Virus record (IMG/VR): IMGVR_UViG_3300045988_075249
Coordinates: 1 to 64,000 of that record
Strand: one strand, 5' to 3'
DNA from: a virus
DNA: 64,000 bases
In this document: one piece after another, positions 43,288-54,251 of the stretch
Numbering within the stretch: position 1 is the first letter of the stretch
Layout of the letters: each line of letters opens with the position of its first letter
Made by a program: the position numbers and the translations under genes
The notes under the pieces: generated by a model
Databases searched by the model: none
What the model saw: only the letters and a program-made list of their open reading frames with translations
What the model was told of the DNA's origin: nothing

Positions 43288-45651
43288 ATGAGTTTAATTA
43301 CTGAAGTTGATATTCTTGATGAAGCTAAAGAAAACTTCTTAACTTATGCAGAAGAGGTTCTTACTGATAGAGCTATCCCAGCCGCAGAAGATGGACTTCT
43401 AAGCGCCCAAAGAAAAATTCTTTGGACTATGGAAGATTATTTAAAGATGGATAATAAGAGTAAAACAAAAAAGTGTAATGCTATTGTTGGTTCTACTCTT
43501 GCAACATCTTACTTCCATGGTGATATAGCTTGCTATGGCGTTTTGAGAAAAATGGCTCAATCATTTTTAATGAGATACCCATTGATTACAGGTCAGGGGC
43601 AACTGGGAACTCAAGAAAATAATGATATGTTTTCATCCTCTCGTTATACGGAGGCCAAGCCTTCATTATTTGCTGATTTGATGATGAATGACTACAAGAA
43701 GGAAGTTGTTCCAGTTAAAGAAACTTATAATGGAGAATTTATGGAACCTGTAGTTCTTCCTTCTTTATTTCCTAATGCTATCTGTAACGGACGACAAGCT
43801 ATCGGAATTTCTATGGCGCATAATTCAGCCCCGCATAATTTAACAGAGGTATGTAACGCAGCCATTGCCCTAATCGAAAAGGGCGATCTTACTATTGATG
43901 AATTGCTTTCTTATATGCCCGGGCCAGATTTCCCTCTTGGCGGAGCTGTCCTAAATATCAAAGATATAAAGTCCGCATTTGAAACTGGAAAATCAAAAAT
44001 CTCTCTTAAAATTCAAGGCGACTATGAGATAGATGGGCAAACAATTACCTTTACAAGTATCCCTTATCGAACTTACAGAAACAAGATAAAGGAGCAAATT
44101 GAAAAGAATATAGACACATTTAGTGAGCTATTGGATGATTTCGATGATGAATCCAATATTGGGCAAAATAAGTTAGTATTCCATGTAAAATCTGGTGTAT
44201 CTATTTCTAAAGCTCTTAATACCTTATTCCTGCTAACTGATTTACAATCTACTCTATCATACAATATGAATTATATTGTAAATGGAACTCCCAAATTATG
44301 CTCAATGCTGGATTTGCTTAAAGAATACATTAAACATCAAGAGACTGTATTAATTAGCGCTACTAAATTTGATAAAGAGAAAGCCGAAGCAAGAGCACAC
44401 GTTCTTGAAGGGCTAATCGCCGCAGTTGATAAAATTGATGAAGTAATCAGTTTAATTAAACAGTCTGCGGGAAGAGCCGATGCGAAAACGAAGCTAATTG
44501 AGTTCTTATCTGTTGATGATGTTCAAGCTGGTGCTATCTTGGATATGAAATTAGGAAAACTTACAAGAATTGATAAGGATGAATTAATAAATGAGCTTCA
44601 AGAAAAGAGAAGTTTTATTGCTCAATGTGTAGAAATTCTAACAAAGCAAGAAGTTAGAAATCTTAAACTTACTGCTAAAATTAAAGAACTTCGAGATAAA
44701 TATGGTGATGCCAGAAGAACAAAACTTCTAAATACCGATATTCCTAAGGCTGAGAAAGAGCAAGTAGTAGTAGAAGCCAAAGACTGTATGGTAATAGTAA
44801 CAAAAAAGAATACCGTAAAAAGAATAGATATAAAGAATTTTAAGTCTCAGAAGAGAAATACTACTGGGGTAAAGACCAATGGAGATATTACAGTATTTTC
44901 ACAAAAAACCAATACACAAGATATGTTGATGGTCTTTTCTTCAAAAGGAAAAATGTATCGTGTCCTTGTTGATAATATTCCCGAGGGAACTAATACTTCT
45001 GTTGGCACTCCGTTATCAGCAATTATTGAATTTGAAGATAATGAAGTTCCTATTGCTTATACTACTTTAGCAAGAGATACAGATAAAAAGTTTATATTCT
45101 TTGCTACAAAACGAGGAATTATTAAAAAGGTTCCCTTAGAAGAGTATGATGCAATGAAGAGAACCGGTATCGTTGCTATTAAGCTAAAAGAAAACGACGA
45201 GCTTTCTTCAATCACATTTATCAATCAAGAGGAAATGATGTTAGTTACAAAGAATGGTATGGTTATTAGATTCCCAACTGCGGAAATGCCAATTTCTTCC
45301 AGAACCGCGCAAGGAGTTAAGGGCATGAATGTTGCAGAAGATGATTATGTAATTGCAGCATTGCCTATCGACCAATCTAAATATTTGGCTATTGTTTCTT
45401 CTAACGGATTAGGAAAAAAGGTTGAGTTAAAAGAATTTACATTGCAAAACCGTGGAGGAAAGGGCATCTCCTGTTATAAAGGTGCTATCTCGGGTGCAGA
45501 GTTAGTGAATGATGATGATCTGATTTTAATTTCTGGAAATAAAACTTCTATAGTTATTAAAGTGTCAGATTTTCCTTTGTTAAATAGAACTTCTATGGGA
45601 AATATTATGCTGAAAGATAATGAGCAAATAATTTCAACATCTAAGATTTAA
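43288..45651 (+). CDS. type II DNA topoisomerase DNA-cleavage subunit (GyrA/ParC / T4 gp52-like)
   Basis: SAQRKILWTM..., active-site region SYFHGDIACYG, C-terminal beta-pinwheel-like repeats. Confidence 0.7.
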   Translation: MSLITEVDILDEAKENFLTYAEEVLTDRAIPAAEDGLLSAQRKILWTMEDYLKMDNKSKTKKCNAIVGSTLATSYFHGDIACYGVLRKMAQSFLMRYPLITGQGQLGTQENNDMFSSSRYTEAKPSLFADLMMNDYKKEVVPVKETYNGEFMEPVVLPSLFPNAICNGRQAIGISMAHNSAPHNLTEVCNAAIALIEKGDLTIDELLSYMPGPDFPLGGAVLNIKDIKSAFETGKSKISLKIQGDYEIDGQTITFTSIPYRTYRNKIKEQIEKNIDTFSELLDDFDDESNIGQNKLVFHVKSGVSISKALNTLFLLTDLQSTLSYNMNYIVNGTPKLCSMLDLLKEYIKHQETVLISATKFDKEKAEARAHVLEGLIAAVDKIDEVISLIKQSAGRADAKTKLIEFLSVDDVQAGAILDMKLGKLTRIDKDELINELQEKRSFIAQCVEILTKQEVRNLKLTAKIKELRDKYGDARRTKLLNTDIPKAEKEQVVVEAKDCMVIVTKKNTVKRIDIKNFKSQKRNTTGVKTNGDITVFSQKTNTQDMLMVFSSKGKMYRVLVDNIPEGTNTSVGTPLSAIIEFEDNEVPIAYTTLARDTDKKFIFFATKRGIIKKVPLEEYDAMKRTGIVAIKLKENDELSSITFINQEEMMLVTKNGMVIRFPTAEMPISSRTAQGVKGMNVAEDDYVIAALPIDQSKYLAIVSSNGLGKKVELKEFTLQNRGGKGISCYKGAISGAELVNDDDLILISGNKTSIVIKVSDFPLLNRTSMGNIMLKDNEQIISTSKI

Positions 45652-45685
45652 AGATAAGAGTAGCTTTGCTACTCTTATCTTTAGT
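45651..45685 (+). terminator. rho-independent terminator (aagataagagtagc...gctactcttatctt)
   Basis: Seen in the sequence. Confidence 0.6.
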
Positions 45686-45757
45686 TGACTTTTATTTTTA
45701 ATAAGAATATAATATTATATATAATAAAAGTAATATTATAATAAGAAAGGTTATAGT

Positions 45758-45952
45758 ATGGACGATAGAGATAAATTAAAAAAGATTGCTCTCTTTGCTC
45801 TAGCGGGTATTGTTATATTATTTGTAATAATGATTTCTATTGCATTACCACTTATTCTAATGATTAAAGTTAGTGTTTGGTTTATACTCCTCTACGCAAT
45901 TCCTATCGGGGCGTTTTTGGGAGTGTATGTTTATTATGAGGAGTTTGATTAA
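45758..45952 (+). CDS. small membrane protein (64 aa)
   Basis: Supplied ORF; two TM helices. Confidence 0.5.
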   Translation: MDDRDKLKKIALFALAGIVILFVIMISIALPLILMIKVSVWFILLYAIPIGAFLGVYVYYEEFD

Positions 45953-47040
45953 TGTATCCTGAAGCTAAAATGATAGATGCAATGAAGGTATGGAAACTTC
46001 CTTCTGGAAAAGAATCTATGCTTTCAGAAATTTGCCAGTCTGGAGACTACTTCCTAGAAGAAAAGATTGACGGCTATTGGTATGAGTATGAAAAAACAGA
46101 AAATTATAGCTATCTTTTTTCGCGAAATACCAGTACCACAACAGGGCTGCTCTCCGAAAAAGGAGCTAATGTTCCCCATATTATGGAAGCTCTTGATTGT
46201 ATGCCTCCTAATACAATTTTAATAGGAGAAATATATTACCCTGGGTGTACTTCTAAAACAGTAACAACTGTTATGGGATGTTTACCAGAACTAGCTGTTA
46301 AAAGACAAGCAAATAATCCAATTCATTATTATATACATGATATAATTGAGTATGATGGAATTAACTTAATTAATCTGGGCGCAGAAGATAGATATAAGAT
46401 TCTTACTGGTGTATGGAATAGACATAATTTATCTCAATATGATTTCTTGAAATTGGCTCTAAAGATTACTGAAAATCTTGAAGAAGAGATTTCTAAAATC
46501 TTAAACTCTGGAGGAGAAGGAGCTGTTTTAAAGAAAAAGGATTATCCATATACTCCGGGTAAACGTCCAGCTTGGTCTACAGTAAAAGTCAAACAAATGG
46601 ATTCTATTGATTTAGTTTGCACAGGTCTCTGTCCTCCAACAAAGGAATACACTGGGAAAGAGCTAGATACATGGCCATATTGGGAAAGTCCTGATGGTGA
46701 GCTATGTGATTTTATTGATGCTGTACCTAAAGGAGACTTAATCACGGAAGGGTATGTTCCAATAACTAAATACTATTATAATGGCTGGAAATCAGCTATT
46801 AAAATTGGAGCATACGATAATGATAATAATTTAGTTGATCTTGGCACAGTTAGCTCAGGTATTACGGATGATATGAAAAGGCTAATGACAGAGTTTCCAG
46901 GAAACTTTGTTGGACACGTAGTAGCTCTTGATTGTATGTCCATCAATAGAAAAGATCATACCCTACGACACCCTGTTTTCAAATGTATGAGGGATGATAA
47001 GGATGCTAAAGACTGTCTCATAGATGAAATTTTTAAATAA
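45952..47040 (+). CDS. ATP-dependent DNA ligase (motif I EEKIDGYW)
   Basis: KxDG adenylation motif; 362 aa. Confidence 0.65.
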   Translation: MYPEAKMIDAMKVWKLPSGKESMLSEICQSGDYFLEEKIDGYWYEYEKTENYSYLFSRNTSTTTGLLSEKGANVPHIMEALDCMPPNTILIGEIYYPGCTSKTVTTVMGCLPELAVKRQANNPIHYYIHDIIEYDGINLINLGAEDRYKILTGVWNRHNLSQYDFLKLALKITENLEEEISKILNSGGEGAVLKKKDYPYTPGKRPAWSTVKVKQMDSIDLVCTGLCPPTKEYTGKELDTWPYWESPDGELCDFIDAVPKGDLITEGYVPITKYYYNGWKSAIKIGAYDNDNNLVDLGTVSSGITDDMKRLMTEFPGNFVGHVVALDCMSINRKDHTLRHPVFKCMRDDKDAKDCLIDEIFK

Positions 47041-47110
47041 ATCTGTTTGACACTAAAATAAAATTATTGTATTATATATTTGTAATTCAGGGATAAAGGA
47101 TAGAAATTAT

Positions 47111-47317
47111 ATGACCCGAAAATAGATGAAAAAGCTCGCTAAAGAACTATATTAGTGTGAGCAAATTCACCAAAATGAATCTTCCTCAAAAGAGGAAAAA
47201 TCCCGGGCTGAAAATCGAATTATGCAAATCACTAATTAGATTATGGCATTGAATGACGGGATAAATATTTTGCTAGAAATTGATGTTATGGTTCAAGATT
47301 TAGCAACACAACAATAA
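47111..47317 (+). CDS. small hypothetical protein (68 aa); 3 in-frame TAG
   Basis: Open only under TAG = sense; weak RBS. Confidence 0.25.
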
Positions 47318-47347
47318 ATAATATATTTTAAAGGAGAATGTCTAATT

Positions 47348-47614
47348 ATGGCAGCTATGAAAGAAAATACTCGTAAGGTTTTAGATTATTTAAAGGAAAA
47401 CAATGATACTAATTTGACAGCCGCAGATGTTGCTGAAGCTCTCGGTCTTGAGAAGCGTCAAGTTGATGGTATCTTTACTTCTGCGTTCCAGCGCAAGGGA
47501 TTGGGCGAGCGCGTTCCCGATGAAGTAACTCTTGAGGATGGTTCCCATCAGAAGGTAAAGTATCTTCGTCTTACCCAGAGTGGTCTTGATCTAGATCCCG
47601 ACGCACAAGAGTAA
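47348..47614 (+). CDS. winged-helix small protein (88 aa)
   Basis: Supplied ORF; AAGGAG RBS. Confidence 0.5.
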   Translation: MAAMKENTRKVLDYLKENNDTNLTAADVAEALGLEKRQVDGIFTSAFQRKGLGERVPDEVTLEDGSHQKVKYLRLTQSGLDLDPDAQE

Positions 47615-47619
47615 TGTCT

Positions 47620-47652
47620 ATCGGGAAGAGTTTTAACTCTTCCCGATTTTTT
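47620..47652 (+). terminator. rho-independent terminator (tcgggaagagtt...aactcttcccga plus T6)
   Basis: Seen in the sequence. Confidence 0.7.
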
Positions 47653-47656
47653 AATT

Positions 47657-48568
47657 ATGATTATAGGATTATTATTAATAGCTATAATCGGGTTAATAAT
47701 TTATATCTATTATCTCAAAAAGCAAACCCTTGAAGTAGTTTAGATTAACACAGATAATCAAAGAAAAAACGCTGAAATAGAAAAAGAAATAGCACATAAT
47801 AGAGAAGTGTTATCTAACATAAAAAATAATATAACATTTGAGAACGATATTCTTTCTTCTTTATTAAAATCTTAGGAAGAAATGCGGGAAAGTGCTTAGA
47901 AACAAGCTGATGAAGCCTATTAGGCACGCGTCTCCGCGCTTGTAAAATCCTACAAAGAAAAAGAATAGGAACTTTCTTTGACTTTTGATGCTAAAAATCA
48001 AGATTTGCTAAAGAAAATTTCTATTGAAGCCGGGAAATTAGCTGATTTATAGGCTAAGTAGCTTTCCTATATTTAGGCCAAATAGAGATAGGAAGAAATT
48101 GACTCTAATCAAGATTATTATCGTCTTGCTCTTGATGAAATAGATATTAATGATATTACGTTATTGCGCGAATTACAACCAAGATTTGTAAAGAAAGAAA
48201 GTATAGATAAACTAATATGGGAAGTATATTATAAGCCAGCTTATGATATTTTAATGGCCCATTTGTTTCCCAAGGCAGTTAAATATTGCGGTATCTATAG
48301 AATAACTGATTTAACTACAGGCAAGTCCTATATTGGACAATCGGTTGATATAAAAGAACGATTTAGATAGCATATTAAATCTGCTTTAACCTATGGAAAG
48401 GTAACTAATAAGTTATACTCTGCTATGCAGAAATCTGGAGTTCATAATTTCGTGTTTGAAGTCTTAGAAGAAGTAACCAGAGACAAACTAAACGAGAGAG
48501 AAACCTATTGGATTGAGTTCTATAAGACTAAAGAATTAGGTCTTAATGGAACTAAAGGAGGAGCTTAA
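47657..48568 (+). CDS. GIY-YIG nuclease preceded by an N-terminal TM helix and a Q-rich coiled coil; 11 in-frame TAG. It may be two genes, with the nuclease from 48164
   Basis: GIYRITDLTTGKSYIGQSVDIKERFR[TAG]H is the GIY-YIG core. One frame runs from the ATG at 47657 to the TAA at 48566 when TAG is read as sense. Confidence 0.45.
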
Positions 48569-48846
48569 TGTTTAGAATTATTGGTGATAGATGCACTGGA
48601 AAAACTTATCAGTTAATGCAATACGCTAAGGATAATAATGCTATATTCGTATGTAGTAACCCTCACTCAATGAGAAGTAAAGCGGAAAGTTATGGAATTA
48701 TTGGACTTAGATTTATGAATTATTCAGAATATTTAAATCACAGCAGAGGAATGAAGGATAAGATTGTAATAGATGAAGCAGAAACATTATTGCGATTGAT
48801 AAACCCTTCTATGAAACTTATTGGATATAATTTAAGTGAGGAATAA
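48568..48846 (+). CDS. small P-loop-like protein (92 aa)
   Basis: Supplied ORF; GDRCTGKT. Confidence 0.45.
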   Translation: MFRIIGDRCTGKTYQLMQYAKDNNAIFVCSNPHSMRSKAESYGIIGLRFMNYSEYLNHSRGMKDKIVIDEAETLLRLINPSMKLIGYNLSEE

Positions 48847-48848
48847 TT

Positions 48849-49475
48849 ATGAAGATTATTAAGCCAGATGTTGAACTTATTACACCTATTGATGGTGAAA
48901 CAATCCTTAAACGAATTGAATAGTGTGGTAGAGTATGTTATAAATCCGAGGATAAAATTACAGAAGATAGCGCTGTAAAATTCGTATAGAATATTATCAA
49001 GAGAGGCCATGAGGCGGTTCTTGAGCATTGTTCTTTTACCCTTAAATTTATTTGCGATAGAGGCGTAAGTCATGAAATTGTACGCCATAGATTGGCAGCT
49101 TATTGTTAGGAATCTACGAGATATTGTAATTACTCAAAAGATGGATTTGGAAATGAAATTACGGTAATTGAACCTTGTTATCTTGAACCAAATAGTTCAA
49201 AATATATACTATGGGAAATGTCTTGTGCGGAATCTGAAAAAAAATATTTTGAGCTTTTGTTCGAAGGCTGCACTCCACAAGAAGCAAGAGCAGTTCTGCC
49301 TAATAGTTTAAAAACTGAGGTAGTTATGACTGCGGACTTGCGTGAGTGGCGACATTTCTTCAAGCTTCGTTGCTCTCCAGCCGCGCATCCACAAATGAGA
49401 GAAGTTGCAATCCTCGGTTTGAATAAAGTCAAGGAAAAGATTCCTGTAATTTTTGATGATATTACTCCTGATTGA
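48849..49475 (+). CDS. thyX: flavin-dependent thymidylate synthase ThyX; 3 in-frame TAG
   Basis: RHRLAAYC[TAG]ESTRY is the ThyX RHR-x7-S-x-RY signature with the recoded codon at the conserved Q. C-terminal REWRHFFKLRCSPAAHPQMRE. Confidence 0.75.
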
Positions 49476-49528
49476 CAATCTTTATTTTATATGTTATTAT
49501 ATGTATATAAAATAAAGAGGAAATGATT

Positions 49529-49924
49529 ATGAGTAAATGTAAAAACTTTTTAGATTATTTTGATTGGCTTGTAGCTAATTACCAAGAGCCAATCACTATT
49601 CCAGATGAAGTGCAAGAATTTTATAATATTCTTCGCTCACAGCAAGATATGCAGGTTGAGAAACCTCTCTTTACAGAAACTGGATTACAAATTCTTGAAC
49701 ATCTTCAAAAACATGAGGCGAAATCCTTAAAAGCAAAGGATATTGCAGATGGAATGGAGATTTCCTCAAGAAAAGTATCTGGCTCAATCAGAAAATTAGT
49801 GTCAGATGGTTTCGTAGAAAAATTTGGTTCTAACCCTGTTGTCTATACCCTGACAGAAAAAGGTAAAAACTTTGATATTGAGAAATATAAAGGAGAATTA
49901 AGTAATGAGCAAGAAAATGATTAA
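49529..49924 (+). CDS. winged-helix (MarR-like) protein
   Basis: AAGAGGA RBS; LKAKDIADGMEISSRKVSGSIRKLVSDGFVEK. Confidence 0.5.
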   Translation: MSKCKNFLDYFDWLVANYQEPITIPDEVQEFYNILRSQQDMQVEKPLFTETGLQILEHLQKHEAKSLKAKDIADGMEISSRKVSGSIRKLVSDGFVEKFGSNPVVYTLTEKGKNFDIEKYKGELSNEQEND

Positions 49925-50861
49925 TAACACTCACATCGAAGGGTATGTCTATGAACATAAACTTGAAAAGAAGGTTTCTGGAGAGAACTCTAAAAATCCT
50001 GGAACCGAATTTATTAATGGTATCTTGAGAATTGCCACAGACGATGATATGTTGAATGTTGTCGATGTTCATTTTAGCTATGTAACTGAGACAACTAAGA
50101 ATGGTAAAGCAAATTCAACTTATGGAGTTCTTTTGAATATCATTGATGGAAAGATTGGTTCCGTAATGGAGCATGGTAAGGAAAACGCAGGAAAGATCCG
50201 CGTTGATTCCGCTATTGGGCTAAATGAGTGGTACGATAATAACACTAATGGCCATCCTCTTGTAAGTGTCAAGAGAAATGAGGGCGGATTCGTCCATATA
50301 ACTCAAGAGTTGGCAGAAGAAAAGAATCGTGCTACTTTTGATGTCGATATGGTAATTACCGGAGTATTGCGCGCGGAAGCAGATGAAGAGCGCGATCTTC
50401 CTGAGAAGGTTACTGTAAAGGGATGCGTATTTGATTTCCGCGGAGCACTTCTTCCCGTCGAGTTTAGCGTATATGCTCCATATGCACCGGAAAAGGCTTT
50501 GGATTACTTCGAGAATTTGGGAGCCACTTCTAGCTCTCCTGTCTTTACTAGAGTGCAGGGAATTCAGGTATCTAAGACTGTAGTTCGTAAAGTTGAGGAA
50601 GAGAGCGCTTTTGGTGACTCTAGAGTAAAAGAAGTCCGTAATTCTCAGCGTGATTTTGTAATTAACTGGGCACAGCCTGACATTTATGAGTGGGACAATG
50701 AGGAAACTCTTCTCGTATCCGAGCTTAATGAAAAGATGGCTGCGCGTGAGGTTACTCTTGCTGAGATTAAAAAGCGTCAGGATGAGTATCAAGCAACAAA
50801 GGGTAATGCTCTAAGTGGAGCATCTACTGCCGCTCCTGCAAAGGGAGAATATAAATTCTAA
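49905..50861 (+). CDS. hypothetical protein (318 aa), possibly an ssDNA-binding/annealing partner of the downstream Sak4-like ATPase
   Basis: Supplied ORF; the function is inferred only from position. Confidence 0.4.
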   Translation: MSKKMINNTHIEGYVYEHKLEKKVSGENSKNPGTEFINGILRIATDDDMLNVVDVHFSYVTETTKNGKANSTYGVLLNIIDGKIGSVMEHGKENAGKIRVDSAIGLNEWYDNNTNGHPLVSVKRNEGGFVHITQELAEEKNRATFDVDMVITGVLRAEADEERDLPEKVTVKGCVFDFRGALLPVEFSVYAPYAPEKALDYFENLGATSSSPVFTRVQGIQVSKTVVRKVEEESAFGDSRVKEVRNSQRDFVINWAQPDIYEWDNEETLLVSELNEKMAAREVTLAEIKKRQDEYQATKGNALSGASTAAPAKGEYKF

Positions 50862-50918
50862 GAAAAGGGAGTTTATCTCCCTTTTCTTCCCAAATATTTT
50901 GATAAGGAGCGAATATAA

Positions 50919-51899
50919 ATGAGTTTGTTAGATATTAAGCCTCATGAAGTATCAAGAGATCTGAGAGGTTATTCAGTATTCTTTTATGGAGACCCAAAGA
51001 GTGGTAAGACCACCATCGCGAGCAAGTTTCCAAAAGCACTTTTACTCGCTTTTGAGAAAGGCTATAATGCGTTGCCCGGAGTATATGCCCAGCCAATTAA
51101 TAGCTGGGGCGAATTTAAGAAACTGTTTAGTGAATTAAAAACACCAGAGGTACAAGAAAAATTCCAAACTATTGTAATTGATACCGCAGACATTGCATAC
51201 GGATACTGTGAAAAGTTTATTTGTAGCAGAGAAGGTGTCGATACTATTGGTGATATTCCTTATGGAAAAGGGTATGCACTTGTAAGTTCAGAGTTTGACG
51301 AAGCGATTCGTAAAATTCTACAACTTAACTATGGTCTTATTCTTATTTCTCACGCAAAAACAAAGACAGAAAAGAACGCAAAAGGAGAGGACGTTGCGTC
51401 ATAGATTGTTCCCACTCTTGACAATAGAGGAAGATTAATTTGTGAGAGAACTTGTGATATTATCGGATATTCTCGTTCTGTTACTAATGAATCTGGAGGA
51501 ACAGAAACAAGACTCTTTATGCGTGGAACTCCGCAGTATGTTGCCGGTTCTCGTTTCAAGTATGTACCAGAATCTATTGAATTTACATATGATAATCTTG
51601 TAAATGCAATTTCTAATGCTATTGATAGACAAGCAGAAGAAACTGGTGGACAATATATTACAAACGAAGCAACTCAAGTTGTAACAGAGGATGTAACTTA
51701 TGACTTTGATACACTAATGAGTAAGTTTAACGACCTGGTTGGAGATCTTATGTCTAAAAATCAATCTAACGCTGGAAAAATTACATCTATCGTAGATAAA
51801 TTTTTGGGCAAGGGCAAAAAGGTTGGAGATTGCACTCCAGACCAAGCCGAACAATTAGATTTGATTGTTCATGAATTAGAGGAATTATCCAAGAATTAA
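50919..51899 (+). CDS. Sak4-like RecA-family recombination ATPase (Walker A GDPKSGKTT); 1 in-frame TAG at 51402
   Basis: Supplied ORFs 50919-51404 and 51519-51899 are in frame. Confidence 0.55.
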
Positions 51900-51904
51900 A
51901 ATAT

Positions 51905-51940
51905 AAGGAAGGAGAGAAAATTCTCCTTCCTTGATTTTTT
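51905..51940 (+). terminator. rho-independent terminator (aaggaaggagag...ttctccttcctt plus T-run)
   Basis: Seen in the sequence. Confidence 0.7.
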
Positions 51941-51996
51941 ATCTATTTTATGATATAATATTTATATAAGATTGTTATGAAAGGAGAGCGTAATGT

Positions 51997-52530
51997 ATGG
52001 CTAAGCACATGGTAAAATGTTTTTACTGTGGAGAAGTATTTGATGCATCAACTACACCATACGTTAAACCAAATTCAAGACGTTACGCTCATAAGACCTG
52101 TGCGCAAACGGCCGAGGAAAATAAAACGCAAGAAGAAAAGGATAGACAACTATTAGAAAATTATATAAAGAAGTTATTTGGAATTAACTGTATTTCTCCA
52201 AAAATTAAAAAACAAATTGAAACCTTTAGAAAAGATAATAATTATTCATATACTGGAATGTATAAAACTTTAAAATACTTTTTTGAGATAAAAGGTAATT
52301 CTATTGAAAAGGCTAATGGAGGAATAGGAATAGTTCCTTTTGTCTATGATGAAGCATATCTTTATTGGAGAGCATTATGGGAAGCAAGAGAAAGAAATGA
52401 GCAAATAGATATAGGAAAGTTTATTTTGCCTGTAAGAGAAGTCCATATAGAACCTCCTCAACGGCAACCAATGAAACATATACGAAAGCTATTTACTTTC
52501 TTAAATGAGGAGGAAGCGCATGAAGAGTAA
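51997..52530 (+). CDS. zinc-ribbon hypothetical protein (177 aa)
   Basis: Supplied ORF; N-terminal CFYCG...HKTC. Confidence 0.5.
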   Translation: MAKHMVKCFYCGEVFDASTTPYVKPNSRRYAHKTCAQTAEENKTQEEKDRQLLENYIKKLFGINCISPKIKKQIETFRKDNNYSYTGMYKTLKYFFEIKGNSIEKANGGIGIVPFVYDEAYLYWRALWEARERNEQIDIGKFILPVREVHIEPPQRQPMKHIRKLFTFLNEEEAHEE

Positions 52531-54058
52531 TTATATAGATACAGCGGCGATTACTTAGGTAATTGGATGTGTATTCAATAATGCTTCTATTCTTGATGAT
52601 ACAGATAAGTATATAATTCATGAAGATGACTTCCAAGAAGATTTTCATAAGATAATTTTCGGTAGTATCTATAATATCCATCTAACAGGTAGTCAAGTTA
52701 ATATAGACGCGATTATAGATTATCTAGCAAACAGACCAAAGTTTGACGCCATATTTAAGCAAAACAAGGGTGTAGAATATCTCCTTGAAGCATCGCAAAG
52801 TGCAAGGCAAGATACTTTTAATTATTATTATAATAGATTAAAGAAGTTTACTTTGTTAAGAGCATATAGCAATTTTGGTCTTGATGTTAGCTATCTTTAT
52901 GATCCAAATAATATTCTCGATACCAAAAAACGCCAAATGCAAGAAGATTGGCTGGATAATACTAGCTTAGTTGAAATAGCTCATGCTATTGATACAAAAA
53001 TAGATGAAATCAAAAGTAAGTACATAGAAGATGATCTTGGATTAGGCTATCAAGCCGGAGACGGAATCAATGAACTTATTAGTGATTTAGAACAGCATCC
53101 CGAAGTTGGTATTCCACTATATGGCCCGTTAATTAATACAGTAACAAGAGGAGCAAGATTGCGAAAATTTTATTTGCGGTCGGCGGCTACGGGAACCGGT
53201 AAAACTAGATCTATGATAGCGGATGCGTGTAATTTTGCGTGCAATGAAATCTATCATGACCAATTTGGATGGATTAAAAATGGAACCTCTCAACCAACTT
53301 TGTTTATTGCCACAGAGCAAGATAAAAGCGAAGTTCAAACAATGATGTTAGCTTTCCTATCTGACGTAGATGAAGAACATATCCTTAACGGTCAATACTT
53401 TGAGGGTGAAAAAGAGAGGGTGCTAAAGGCCGCAGAAATAATTAAACGCAGTCCAATTTGGATAGAAGAATTACCAGATTTTTCTTTACAAGATGTAGAG
53501 AATAAAATAAAAAAGAATATTAGAGAAAATGAAGTTAAATATGTTCTTTTCGACTATCTTCAAACGTCGCTTAAAATTCTTGAAGAAATTAGTAAGAAGT
53601 CTGGGGGAGTTAGATTAAGAGAGGATAATATCTTATTTATGCTCTCCGCTAGATTGAAAGATTTAGCTAATAAATATGGTGTATTTATCATGTCTGCAAC
53701 TCAATTAAACGCCGATTATTAGAGTAGTGAAACGCCAGATCAAAATCTATTAAGAGGCGCAAAAAGTATAGCCGATAGAATAGACGTTGGCATGATTCTA
53801 CTAAGTGTTACAGATGAGGACTTAGTTAAGTTAGATCCAATACTAGAGGGTAACAAGAACTTATTGCGTCCGAATCTAAAATTATCTATCTATAAAAATA
53901 GACGAGGTTCGTACAAAGGAGTATATCTATGGTGTTCTGCTAACTTAGGAACTTGTAGAATTTTACCACAATTTTGTACTAATTGGAGACATGAGATGGT
54001 GGGCATTGAAGATATTCGAGTAATTGTCGATGAAGGGCCAGCAGCTTGGGAAAAATAA
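52519..54058 (+). CDS. DnaB-like replicative helicase. The N-terminal domain and the RecA-like core are in different frames (+1 junction near 52795-52800); 2 in-frame TAG
   Basis: DnaB-N-like HKIIFGSIYNIHLTGSQVNIDAIIDYL in frame 1. Walker A LRSAATGTGKT, VLFDYLQ and KNRRG in frame 2 (supplied ORFs 52853-53722 and 53792-54058). Confidence 0.55.
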
Positions 54059-54072
54059 TGGAGGAATATATA

Positions 54073-54249
54073 ATGAAGAATAGTCAAGGTTTAGAGTACA
54101 GAATGAGCAAGAAAATGTTTAATGAGCTTCTTTCAAGCAGAACAGAGGAAGAAAAGAAACAGAATCCTTATGTTTATGTGATACAAATTATCAATGAGCA
54201 ATTTGGCTTGAAAGAAACAGTAAATAAAGTATCTTTCTATGATGCTTAA
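54073..54249 (+). CDS. small hypothetical protein (58 aa)
   Basis: GGAGGAA RBS; inside supplied ORF 54046-54249. Confidence 0.4.
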   Translation: MKNSQGLEYRMSKKMFNELLSSRTEEEKKQNPYVYVIQIINEQFGLKETVNKVSFYDA

Positions 54250-54251
54250 TT